A stretch of 32,000 bases of DNA from Cupriavidus necator (lineage in GTDB: Bacteria > Pseudomonadota > Gammaproteobacteria > Burkholderiales > Burkholderiaceae), in the NCBI RefSeq assembly GCF_016127575.1, contig NZ_CP066019.1:810001-842000 (forward strand), given 5' to 3'. Below the pieces are notes generated by a model, which saw nothing but the letters and a program-made list of their open reading frames with translations, had not been told where the DNA came from and did no database searches. Made by a program: the position numbers and the translations under genes. Position 1 is the stretch's first letter, and every line of letters begins with the position of its first letter. Positions 1 to 7,625 of the stretch are shown here, piece by piece.

Positions 1-126
1 GAAGTCGTCGAAGCGCGTCACGCCATGGAAGACATCGCGCAGGATCAGGATCGTCCACTTTTCGCCGATCAGCGACAGCGTCGCGGCAATCGAGCAGTGG
101 CGGAGGTCGGACGCATTGAGGGTCAT
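1..126 (-). CDS. HxlR-family winged-helix transcriptional regulator, N-terminal 42 codons only (gene runs off the left edge)
   Basis: My own minus-strand translation from the ATG at 126..124 gives MTLNASDLRHCSIAATLSLIGEKWTILILRDVFHGVTRFDDF. The C-x8-IGxKW-x-LIL-x7-RF pattern is the typical HxlR/DUF24 N-terminus. It is absent from the ORF track because the window edge truncates it. Confidence 0.65.
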   Translation of the reverse strand, partial: MTLNASDLRHCSIAATLSLIGEKWTILILRDVFHGVTRFDDF

Positions 127-141
127 GATGCCGGCAAGCAT

Positions 142-170
142 AGCATGCTGACTTCATTTGCAAAAGTCAG
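142..170. promoter_or_regulatory. Inverted repeats in the HxlR/GNAT divergent promoter region (candidate operator)
   Basis: 8-bp palindrome AGCATGCT (142-149) overlaps the inverted repeat CTGACTT-N9-AAGTCAG (148-154 / 164-170). It lies 16-44 bp upstream of the HxlR start, in the 93-bp divergent intergenic region. Confidence 0.3.
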
Positions 171-219
171 GTTATCTCCTATACTCTGACTACGAATTTT
201 GAATCCAGAGGGTGCCGGG

Positions 220-801
220 ATGGATGATCAGAGCGAGGCCCGCACGGGCAAGGCGGAAAGCTGGACGGTGGGACGGGGCGTGCAGGTCACGCTGCGCCAT
301 ACGCGGCCTCAGGATGGCGGGGCGCTGCGCGCGCTGGTGGATGGGCTCTCGCGTGAGAGCCGCTACTTCCGCTTCCTGAGCGGCGGGCGCGTGGTGGACG
401 CGATTGTCGACGGCCTGGCCGCGCCCGGACCTGGCGGGGTGGCGCTGGTGGTGGAGGCGCCCGACGAAGTTGGTGTCTCAGCCATTGTCGCCAGCGCGGA
501 ATACGTGGTGTCCGGGCAGGTCGGGGAATTTGCCGTGGTGGTTGCCGACGGCTGGCAAGGGCAGGGACTGGGGCGGCGCCTGATCGCCAGGCTGTGCGAA
601 CTGGCGCGCGCGGCCGGCCTGCGCACCCTGCGCGGCGACGTGCTCAGCGAGAACCGCCGCATGCTGGCCATCCTGCGCGGCCTCGGCTTTGCCAGCCGCC
701 GCAATCCGCAGGACAGCCACCTGCATGAAGTCACGCTGGCGCTTGGCCAGCCGGCGCGCAGCCCGCAGCGGCTGCCGGCGGACTGGTTCGGCGCGCGCTG
801 A
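220..801 (+). CDS. GNAT-family N-acetyltransferase
   Basis: ORF 199..801. The acetyl-CoA binding motif Q-G-Q-G-L-G-R-R-L (QxxGxG/A type) is followed by ...LRGDVLSENRRMLAILRGLGF. SRESRYFRF resembles Pat-type protein acetyltransferase GNAT domains. The ATG at 220 has AGAGGG 8 nt upstream. The TTG at 199 has no RBS, so the start is uncertain by 7 codons. Confidence 0.8.
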   Translation: MDDQSEARTGKAESWTVGRGVQVTLRHTRPQDGGALRALVDGLSRESRYFRFLSGGRVVDAIVDGLAAPGPGGVALVVEAPDEVGVSAIVASAEYVVSGQVGEFAVVVADGWQGQGLGRRLIARLCELARAAGLRTLRGDVLSENRRMLAILRGLGFASRRNPQDSHLHEVTLALGQPARSPQRLPADWFGAR

Positions 802-1677
802 TTAACTGGCGTCGCGCTTGCCGCGCGAGGTCATGGTGCAACCTGCCGAGGCCGTGATGATGCTGGCGATCGCCAGCCATTGCAGCGCGCTCAGCTGTTC
901 ATGCAGGAACGCCAGCCCGGCCAGCGCGCCCATCGCCGGCTCCATGCTCAGCAGGATGCCGAAGGTGCGCCGGTGCAGGCGCTTGAGCGCCACCATTTCC
1001 AGCGAATAGGGGATCGCGCTCGACAGGATGCCCACCGCCAGCCCGAACAGCAGCAGCGTCGGGCTGAACATCGCGGTGCCCGCATGCGCGAGTCCGAACG
1101 GCAGCACCACCAGCGCCGCCATGGTCAGCCCTAGCGCGGTGGCCTGCCCGCCGTGGGCGTTGCCCGCCATCTGCCCGAACACGATATACAGCGCCCAGCC
1201 CACGCCCGCGGCCAGCGCATAGCCGATGCCCACCGGATCGAGCGTGCCGGCGGCATCGCCGACCGGCAGCAACAGCAGCAGCCCGGCCACGGCAAAGGCG
1301 ATCCACAGGAAATCAATTGCGCGCCGCGACGACAGCACCGCGACCGCCAGCGGCCCGGTGAACTCGATCGCGATCGCCAGCCCCAGCGGGATGGTGCGCA
1401 GCGACATGTAGAACAGCAGGTTGGTCGCGCCCAGCGCCGCGCCGTACAGCGCGATCGCGCGCGCGTTGGTTCGCGTCAGCGGGATGCGCCACGGGCGCCA
1501 GACGCACAGCAGGATCAGCGCGGAGAAGCTCACCCGCAGCGCCGTGGTGCCCTGTGCCCCGAGCGCCGAGAACAGGCTCTTGGCAAAAGAGGTGCCGATG
1601 CACAGCGAGGCCATCGAGCCGGTCAGGGCCAGCACGGCGAGCAGGGTCGAGCGACGGTGGGCGGCGGTTTGCGGCAA
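802..1677 (-). CDS. rhtA: EamA/DMT-family exporter, RhtA-like threonine/homoserine exporter
   Basis: 291 aa and about 10 predicted TM helices. It is colinear with E. coli RhtA as I recall it (SFAKSLF, LRTIPLGLAIAIEFTGPLAVA, ALPYSLEMVALKRL..RTFG.LLSMEPA). Its stop codon directly abuts the stop of the convergent GNAT gene (799-804). Confidence 0.8.
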   Translation of the reverse strand: MPQTAAHRRSTLLAVLALTGSMASLCIGTSFAKSLFSALGAQGTTALRVSFSALILLCVWRPWRIPLTRTNARAIALYGAALGATNLLFYMSLRTIPLGLAIAIEFTGPLAVAVLSSRRAIDFLWIAFAVAGLLLLLPVGDAAGTLDPVGIGYALAAGVGWALYIVFGQMAGNAHGGQATALGLTMAALVVLPFGLAHAGTAMFSPTLLLFGLAVGILSSAIPYSLEMVALKRLHRRTFGILLSMEPAMGALAGLAFLHEQLSALQWLAIASIITASAGCTMTSRGKRDAS

Positions 1678-1808
1678 TTTGGGGATCCTGTTTTATGGCG
1701 TGGCCTGTGCAATGCTGCCGCATCATGCGGCAAGCCCGGCGCGGGCGCCATATACAGGTGCGGGCCAGTGGCTCAGTACAGTTGGCCGTGCCCCGGGCAC
1801 GCCGCTGC

Positions 1809-2231
1809 TCAGTGATCCCGAGCTGCCGCCTTGCGCCGCTTGCCGGGTTTGCTGGCGCAGTCCGGGCAACGCCCCAGTAGCGTCAGCTCGTGGTGCTCCA
1901 CTTCGAAACCCGGTGGCGTGATCTCTTCCAGATGCCCGGGGCACCCTTCCAGCGGGAAGACGCGGTCGCACGACAGGCACTGGAAATAGTGCCGGTGGGT
2001 CGCGGCACCCGGCACTTCCGACAATTCATAGCGGTCCGGCTGGCCCGGCAGTTCGACGGCATGCACCTGCTCGCCTTCCACCAGGGCACGGATGTTGCGG
2101 TAGACCGTAGCCAGTCCCAGTGAGGGCACCTGGTGCTGGGCCGCGGCCAGGATCTCGGCCGGGCTCAGGGGCCGGCCGGCTTCGCGCAGCGCGTCGATGA
2201 CGGCGCCGCGTTGACGGGTCATGCGTTCCAT
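1809..2231 (-). CDS. Fur-family metalloregulator (subfamily not assignable)
   Basis: 140 aa. N-terminal wHTH (TRQRGAVIDALREAGRPLSPAEILAAA...LATVYRNIRALVE). HRHYFQCLSC...GRCPDC gives the two CxxC structural-Zn pairs of Fur proteins. HRHY replaces the canonical HHDH. Confidence 0.85.
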   Translation of the reverse strand: MERMTRQRGAVIDALREAGRPLSPAEILAAAQHQVPSLGLATVYRNIRALVEGEQVHAVELPGQPDRYELSEVPGAATHRHYFQCLSCDRVFPLEGCPGHLEEITPPGFEVEHHELTLLGRCPDCASKPGKRRKAAARDH

Positions 2232-2241
2232 GACTAGAATC

Positions 2242-2266
2242 TTAATGAGAAATTATTATCATTAGT
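2242..2266. promoter_or_regulatory. Fur-box-like AT-rich operator in the fur-like / TonB-receptor divergent promoter
   Basis: TTAATGAGAAATTATTATCATTAGT is the only AT-rich island in an otherwise roughly 67% GC stretch. By hand alignment, 2248-2266 matches the 19-bp Fur consensus GATAATGATAATCATTATC at 12/19, including an exact ATCATTA core. Confidence 0.45.
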
Positions 2267-2330
2267 GAGTCGCTGCGGTTTGCCAGTCGGATGGCCGCCG
2301 CCGCGACTCGTTTTTATTGGGGTGTTCCTT

Positions 2331-4514
2331 ATGCTGCTTGCGCAGCTCAGCCGTGCCCGGCGCCGCGCGCCGTTTTCGTTCCAGCCTGTTGTGCCAGACC
2401 TGCGCCCGGTCCAGGCGCGTTCATTGCGGCCGGTTGCCGCCCTGATGCTGGCGATGTCCGGCCTGGCCGAGGCGGCGGATACCACCGAGGCCTCCGATAT
2501 TACGCTGCCGGCGGTGTCGGTGGTCGGCACGGCCTCCGCATCATACAACCCGCCCGACGCCTCCGGCGCGACCCGCACCGACACGCCGCTGCGCGAAATT
2601 CCACAGTCGGTGCGCGTGGTGCCGCGCGCCATGCTGGACGATATCGCCGCGACCCGTTTCGCCCAGACCTTCGACTATGTCAGCGGCATCGCGCGCCAGA
2701 ACAACTTCGGCGGCCTGTGGGACAACTTCGCCATGCGCGGCTTCACCGGCCATGAGAACACCGGCGCGGGCTACCTGGTCAACGGCTTTGCCGCCAACCG
2801 CGGCTATACCGCGCCGATGGATGCGGCCACGATCGAACGCGTGGAAGTGCTCAAGGGCCCGACGTCATCGCTGTACGGCACCAGCGAGCCGGGCGGCACC
2901 TTCAACGTGGTCACGCGCCAGCCGCAGTTCCGGCCTGCGCAGCGCTATGGCTTCGAGCTTGGCACGCGCGACGGCTATCGTGCCACGGCCGATGTCACCG
3001 GCCCGCTTGGCGAGAACGTGGCCGGCCGGCTGATCGCCGTGGCCGACCACCAGGGCAGCACGCGCGACTACATCAACAGCCAGCGCTACCTGGTGGCGCC
3101 GTCGTTCACCTGGACCCTGGGCAACGACACCGTGCTGCAGTACGCGGCCGAATTCCAGCGCTACACCACGCCGATGGACCGCGGCGTGGTGGCCGTCAAC
3201 GGCCAGCTGGGCCGCATCCCGCGCTCGCGCTTCCTGGGCGAGCCCGGCGACGGCGACATGCGGCTGGACAGCCAGTCGCACCAGCTCAGCGTGGAGCACC
3301 AGTTCAGTCAGAACTGGAAGGGCAGGCTCGGCCTGTCCTACCGCGGCGGCGCACTGACGGGACATAGCAGCGAGGCGACTTCACTGGCCGCCGACGGCCG
3401 CACGCTCTGGCGCCAGCGCCGCTACCGTGACTTCCAGTCGGACGATGTCTCGCTGCAGGCCAGCGTGACCGGCAAGTTCAGCACCGGCCCGGTCGGGCAT
3501 GAACTGCTGATGGGGGTGGATGCCTACCGCTTCGGCAATACCATGGCGATCCTGCGCAAGAACCCCAGCGCCGCGGCGCCGTACGCGATCGACATCTACG
3601 ACCCGGCCTATGGCCAGCCGGCGCCGCCGATGCCGTGGAACATGGACACGTACGAGCGCCAGCGCAATCTCGGCGCCTACGCGCAGGACCAGCTGAGCCT
3701 GGGCGAGCGCTGGCGCGTGCTGGCCGGCGTGCGCTTCGACGCCTTCGACCAGTCGCTGGACAACCACCTGCGCGGCACGCGCACCACGCAGCACCAGAAC
3801 GCAGTGTCGCCGCGCGTGGGCGTGAGCTACCTGGCCAGCCAGAACGTGTCGCTGTTTGCCAATGCCAGCCAGTCATTCCGTCCCAATGCCGGCGCCGACG
3901 CCGCGGGGCTGCCGTTCGACCCCGAGCGCGGCCGCGCGGTGGAGGCCGGCATCAAGTTCGACAGCGAGGACCGCCGCAGCGGCGCCACGCTGGCCATCTT
4001 TGAGATCCGCAAGCGCAATGTGCTGGCCACCGACCCGTCCGATCCCTCCTTCTATATCGCCGCCGGCGAAGCGCGCAGCCGCGGCCTGGAGCTGGATGTG
4101 GCCGGGCAGCTTGGCACCCACTGGCGCGTATCGGGCAGTTTTGCGCTGACCGATGCCGAGATCACGCAGGACACGCGCCTGGCCGCCGGCACGCCGCTGT
4201 CCAACGTGCCGCGCACCAGCGGCAGCGTGCTGGCGGTGTACGAGGATGCCGCGCCGGTGGGCCAGCGCTATGGCGTTGGTGCCGGCCTGCGTTATGTGGG
4301 GCGGCGTCCGGGCGATGTGCAGGACAGCTTCTCGCTGCCGGCCTATGTGCTGGTGGACCTGCATGGCTACTGGCAATACAGCCGCAACGTGCGCGTGTCG
4401 CTCAACGTGGGCAACCTGTTCGACAAGACCTATTACGCCAGTTCGTACAGCAGCCTGTGGATTGCGCCGGGCGCGGGCCGCAGTGTGCGGCTGGGCGTGC
4501 AACTGAGCTATTGA
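2331..4514 (+). CDS. TonB-dependent siderophore receptor (no N-terminal signalling extension)
   Basis: ORF 2265..4514, with a likely start at ATG 2331 (MLLAQL...). Signal peptide ending AEA-AD, TonB-box-like DITLPAVSVVG, plug motifs (REIPQSVRVV, IERVEVLKGPTSSLYG), a long beta-barrel and a C-terminal aromatic ending in ...GVQLSY. Confidence 0.9.
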   Translation: MLLAQLSRARRRAPFSFQPVVPDLRPVQARSLRPVAALMLAMSGLAEAADTTEASDITLPAVSVVGTASASYNPPDASGATRTDTPLREIPQSVRVVPRAMLDDIAATRFAQTFDYVSGIARQNNFGGLWDNFAMRGFTGHENTGAGYLVNGFAANRGYTAPMDAATIERVEVLKGPTSSLYGTSEPGGTFNVVTRQPQFRPAQRYGFELGTRDGYRATADVTGPLGENVAGRLIAVADHQGSTRDYINSQRYLVAPSFTWTLGNDTVLQYAAEFQRYTTPMDRGVVAVNGQLGRIPRSRFLGEPGDGDMRLDSQSHQLSVEHQFSQNWKGRLGLSYRGGALTGHSSEATSLAADGRTLWRQRRYRDFQSDDVSLQASVTGKFSTGPVGHELLMGVDAYRFGNTMAILRKNPSAAAPYAIDIYDPAYGQPAPPMPWNMDTYERQRNLGAYAQDQLSLGERWRVLAGVRFDAFDQSLDNHLRGTRTTQHQNAVSPRVGVSYLASQNVSLFANASQSFRPNAGADAAGLPFDPERGRAVEAGIKFDSEDRRSGATLAIFEIRKRNVLATDPSDPSFYIAAGEARSRGLELDVAGQLGTHWRVSGSFALTDAEITQDTRLAAGTPLSNVPRTSGSVLAVYEDAAPVGQRYGVGAGLRYVGRRPGDVQDSFSLPAYVLVDLHGYWQYSRNVRVSLNVGNLFDKTYYASSYSSLWIAPGAGRSVRLGVQLSY

Positions 4515-4516
4515 CG

Positions 4517-5734
4517 ATGCTGCCAGCCAAGGCGCGCACTGCCGCGCCCCTGTCTTCTCCGACAGATTTCCCTTCTGCCGCGGTCGCGCGGCCGGCCGGC
4601 GGCCGGCTGCTGTCCATCGACGCTCTGCGCGGACTGGTGATCCTGATCATGCTGCTGGACCACGTACGGGACATGTTCTTCCTGCACGTCCAGGTGGCCG
4701 ATCCCATGGATGTCGCCACGACCTCTCCGGCACTTTTCTTCAGCCGGCTCGCCGCGCATCTGTGCGCACCGGTTTTCATCTGGCTGGCCGGCATATCGGT
4801 GTGGCTCTACGGTGCCGCCGGGAACGACCGGCGCGCCGTCAGCGGCTTCCTGCTCAGGCGCGGCGTGTTCCTGGTGCTGCTGGAGGTGACGCTGGTCGGC
4901 TTTGCCTGGACCGGGACCTTGCCGCCGCAGGTGATCTACCTGCAGGTGATCTGGGCCATCGGCCTGAGCATGATGGCGCTGGCGGCACTGGTGTGGCTGC
5001 CGCGGGCGGTGCTGATTGCCGCGGGCATTGCGCTGGTTGCCGGCCACAACCTGCTGAGCCCGCTGCATTTCCCGGTGGACAGCGCCTGGCACGTGCCCTG
5101 GGCCATCCTGCACGACCGCACCTGGATCGAGGTGGCTGATGGTTTCAGGGTGCGTACCTCATACCCGGTGCTGCCGTGGATCGGCGTGATCGCGCTGGGC
5201 TATGCGGCGGGGCCGTGGTTTGCCGTCACGGTGCCTGCCGCGGTACGGCAGCGGCGGCTGGCTGGATGCGGGCTGGCGGCGCTGGCAGGCTTTGCGGTGC
5301 TGCGCGCGCTGAACGGCTACGGGCAGGAGCAGAAATGGCTGGCGGGCAGCGACGCCTTGCATACCGCGATGAGCTTCCTCAACGTCACCAAATACCCGCC
5401 GTCGCTGCTGTTCCTGCTGCTGACACTGGGCGTGGGCTGGTTGCTGCTGGTGTGGCTGGAGCGAGCGCAGGGCAGCTGGATCGCGCGGCGCCTGGCTGTG
5501 TTCGGCGCCGTGCCGATGTTCTTCTACCTGCTGCACCTCTACGTGCTGCAGGGGCTGTACCAGGCTTGCGTGCACCGCTGGGGCCTGAACCAGGGCAAGG
5601 TGTTCGGCCTCGACCACGTCTGGCAGCTGTGGCTGGGCGCGGCCGTGCTCGCCCTGGCGCTGTGGCCGGCGGTGCGCTGGTTCGCGGCGCTGAAAGCAAG
5701 GCGGCGGGACTGGCGCTGGCTGAAGTACTTCTGA
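4517..5734 (+). CDS. DUF1624 / heparan-alpha-glucosaminide N-acetyltransferase-like polytopic membrane protein
   Basis: The ATG at 4517 lies 2 nt after the receptor stop (translational coupling). RLLSIDALRGLVILIMLLDH is the characteristic DUF1624/acyltransferase_3-like N-terminal motif. About 10 hydrophobic segments. Confidence 0.7.
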   Translation: MLPAKARTAAPLSSPTDFPSAAVARPAGGRLLSIDALRGLVILIMLLDHVRDMFFLHVQVADPMDVATTSPALFFSRLAAHLCAPVFIWLAGISVWLYGAAGNDRRAVSGFLLRRGVFLVLLEVTLVGFAWTGTLPPQVIYLQVIWAIGLSMMALAALVWLPRAVLIAAGIALVAGHNLLSPLHFPVDSAWHVPWAILHDRTWIEVADGFRVRTSYPVLPWIGVIALGYAAGPWFAVTVPAAVRQRRLAGCGLAALAGFAVLRALNGYGQEQKWLAGSDALHTAMSFLNVTKYPPSLLFLLLTLGVGWLLLVWLERAQGSWIARRLAVFGAVPMFFYLLHLYVLQGLYQACVHRWGLNQGKVFGLDHVWQLWLGAAVLALALWPAVRWFAALKARRRDWRWLKYF

Positions 5735-5762
5735 CCAGCGCCTGGGTCCCGCACGTCCCGGC

Positions 5763-7622
5763 TCAGCGCGGCGTGGCCGCGACGGGTGCCGGCTGTGCCG
5801 CCGCCGGGGATTGCGCCGGAGCCTGAGGTTGCGCTGCGGCCTGGGGCTGGGCTGCTGCCTGAGCCGGTGCCACGGCTTGAGGCTGTGTGGCGGCTTGGGG
5901 CCGTGCCACGGCCTGAGGTTGCGCCGCGGCTGGAGGTTGCGCCGCGGCTGGAGGTTGCGCCACGGCCTGCGGCTGCGCCACGGCTTGAGGCCGTGCCACC
6001 GCCTGGGGCTGTGCCGCGGCTTGCGGCCGCGCGGCGGGTGCCTGGCGTGCGCCGCCATTGGCCGCCGGGGCGGCCTCGGTCACCTCGCGCCAGCCGCCGC
6101 CGAGCGACTTGTACAGCGATACGCGGCTGGTCAGGCCGGCCAGCTTGTACGTGATCAGCGCCTGCTGCGCGGTGTAGAGCTGGCGCTGCGCGTCGAACAC
6201 GCCGAAGTAGTCGTCCACGCCGTTCTTGAAACGCATTTCCGACAGCCGCCGGGTCTCGCTGCCTTCGCGCACCAGCGCTTCCTGCGCCTGCACCTGGCGC
6301 TCGTAGGTGGCGCGTGCCGCCATGCTGTCGGCCACTTCGCGGAACGCGGTCTGGATGGTCTTCTCGTAGTTGGCGATGTTGATGTCCTTGCGCACGTTGG
6401 CCGCATCCAGCCCGGCCCGGTTGCGGCCGGCGTCGAAGATCGGCACGGTCAGCTGCGGCGCGAACACCCATGCCATGCCGCCGGAGAACAGCCCCGCCAG
6501 GCTGCTGCTGGCCACGCCCAGCGCGCCGGTCAGCGAGATGCGCGGGAAGAACGCCGCGCGTGCCGCGCCGATATTGGCGTTGGCCGCCTTGAGGCGGTGT
6601 TCGGCGTTGAGGATGTCGGGGCGGCGCACCAGCACGCTGGACGGCAGCCCTTCGGGGAACTCGCTCACCAGGGTGCGCGCGTCCAGCGGATCTCGCGCGG
6701 CGGCGTTGGCGTTGGCCGTTGCCGCGCCGGCATCGGTCACGGATTTCGGCAACGGGCCGCCGATCAGCAAGGACAGCGCGTTCTCATCCTGCGCCACCTG
6801 CCGCGTGTATTGCTCAACGCCGACCTGCGAGGTCTGCACCTGGGTTTGCGCGCGATGCTGGTCCAGCTGCGCCATCGCACCAACCTGCCGCCCGCGCCGC
6901 ACCATCTCCGCCGCGTCCTGCTGCGTCTTCAGCGTGTCCTGCGACAGCTTCAGCAGCGCGCGGTCGGCCAGCAGCGTCAGGTAGGCGTTGGCCACCTCGG
7001 ACACCAGGCTGATCTGCGCGCTGCGGCGCGCTTCCTCGGTGGCCATGTATTCCTCGAGCGCGGCATGCTTGAGGCTGCGCACCCGGCCGAAGAAATCAAG
7101 CTCGAACGCCGTAAAGCCGATGCCCGCGTTGTAGGTGGTGATCTGCGGCGACTGGCCCGCCGCGCGCAGCCGTTGCGGCAACCGCTGCGAGACCATGCCG
7201 GCATTGCCTTCCACCGTGGGGAACTGCGCCGCGCGCTCGATCTGGTACAGCGCGCGCGCTTCGTCGATGGCAAGCGTGGCCATGCGCAGGTCGCGGTTGT
7301 TGGCCAGCGCCAGTTCGATCAGCTGGCGCAGTTGCGGGTCGACGAAAACATCGCGCCATCCCAGGTCCGCGGCCGAAGGGCCGGCGGGTTGAGCCGGCTG
7401 GCCCGGCTGCGCCGCACCGGCCTGCGGGGTGCGGTAGGCAGCGCCCTCCGGCCACGCCGACGGGACCGGCGCGTCGGGGCGCTGGTACTGCGGTTCGAGC
7501 GTGCAGGCAGCAAGGGCCAGCACGAGTGCGCCGGGCAGCAGCAGGCGCGGCGGGGGCAGGGTACGGGGGCGTGGCAGGCTTCGCATGGATGGTTCCGGAG
7601 AGTGGGGATTGTTATCTGGCAT
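5763..7622 (-). CDS. NodT/TolC-family outer-membrane efflux lipoprotein (OMF) with a roughly 105-aa Pro/Ala/Gln repeat C-terminal tail
   Basis: Lipobox LALAAC after a basic n-region. Two OEP-type repeats (LIELALANNRDLR..., FFPRISLTGALG, LFDAGRNRAGLDAA, SLYKSLGGGW). The ATG at 7622 lies 3 nt after the GT2 stop. An alternative start is ATG 7586 (MRSLPRPR...). Confidence 0.9.
   Translation of the reverse strand: MPDNNPHSPEPSMRSLPRPRTLPPPRLLLPGALVLALAACTLEPQYQRPDAPVPSAWPEGAAYRTPQAGAAQPGQPAQPAGPSAADLGWRDVFVDPQLRQLIELALANNRDLRMATLAIDEARALYQIERAAQFPTVEGNAGMVSQRLPQRLRAAGQSPQITTYNAGIGFTAFELDFFGRVRSLKHAALEEYMATEEARRSAQISLVSEVANAYLTLLADRALLKLSQDTLKTQQDAAEMVRRGRQVGAMAQLDQHRAQTQVQTSQVGVEQYTRQVAQDENALSLLIGGPLPKSVTDAGAATANANAAARDPLDARTLVSEFPEGLPSSVLVRRPDILNAEHRLKAANANIGAARAAFFPRISLTGALGVASSSLAGLFSGGMAWVFAPQLTVPIFDAGRNRAGLDAANVRKDINIANYEKTIQTAFREVADSMAARATYERQVQAQEALVREGSETRRLSEMRFKNGVDDYFGVFDAQRQLYTAQQALITYKLAGLTSRVSLYKSLGGGWREVTEAAPAANGGARQAPAARPQAAAQPQAVARPQAVAQPQAVAQPPAAAQPPAAAQPQAVARPQAATQPQAVAPAQAAAQPQAAAQPQAPAQSPAAAQPAPVAATPR
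5793..6032 (-). repeat. Degenerate 18-bp (6-codon) in-frame tandem repeat, about 12-13 units, encoding (A/V)A(Q/R)PQA
   Basis: Protein tail: ARPQAAAQPQAVARPQAVAQPQAVAQPPAAAQPPAAAQPQAVARPQAATQPQAVAPAQAAAQPQAAAQPQAPAQSPAAAQ. The DNA has two perfect adjacent 18-mers, GAGGTTGCGCCGCGGCTG, at 5915-5932 and 5933-5950, flanked by diverged copies. Confidence 0.85.
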
Positions 7623-7625
7623 GGT

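Noticed and set aside
1773-1784. TCAGTACAGTTG as an additional copy of the regulon palindrome upstream of rhtA
   Set aside because: It matches only 8/12 with the right half-site destroyed. I judge it a chance resemblance.
2265-2330. Upstream 22-codon extension of the TonB-receptor ORF
   Set aside because: It would begin inside the Fur-box-like operator with no RBS. The ATG at 2331 gives a plausible signal peptide.
5793-6032. Possible CRISPR-like or non-coding tandem array
   Set aside because: The 18-bp units are contiguous with no spacers, in frame, and lie inside the OMF coding sequence. This is a coding hexapeptide repeat, not a CRISPR array.
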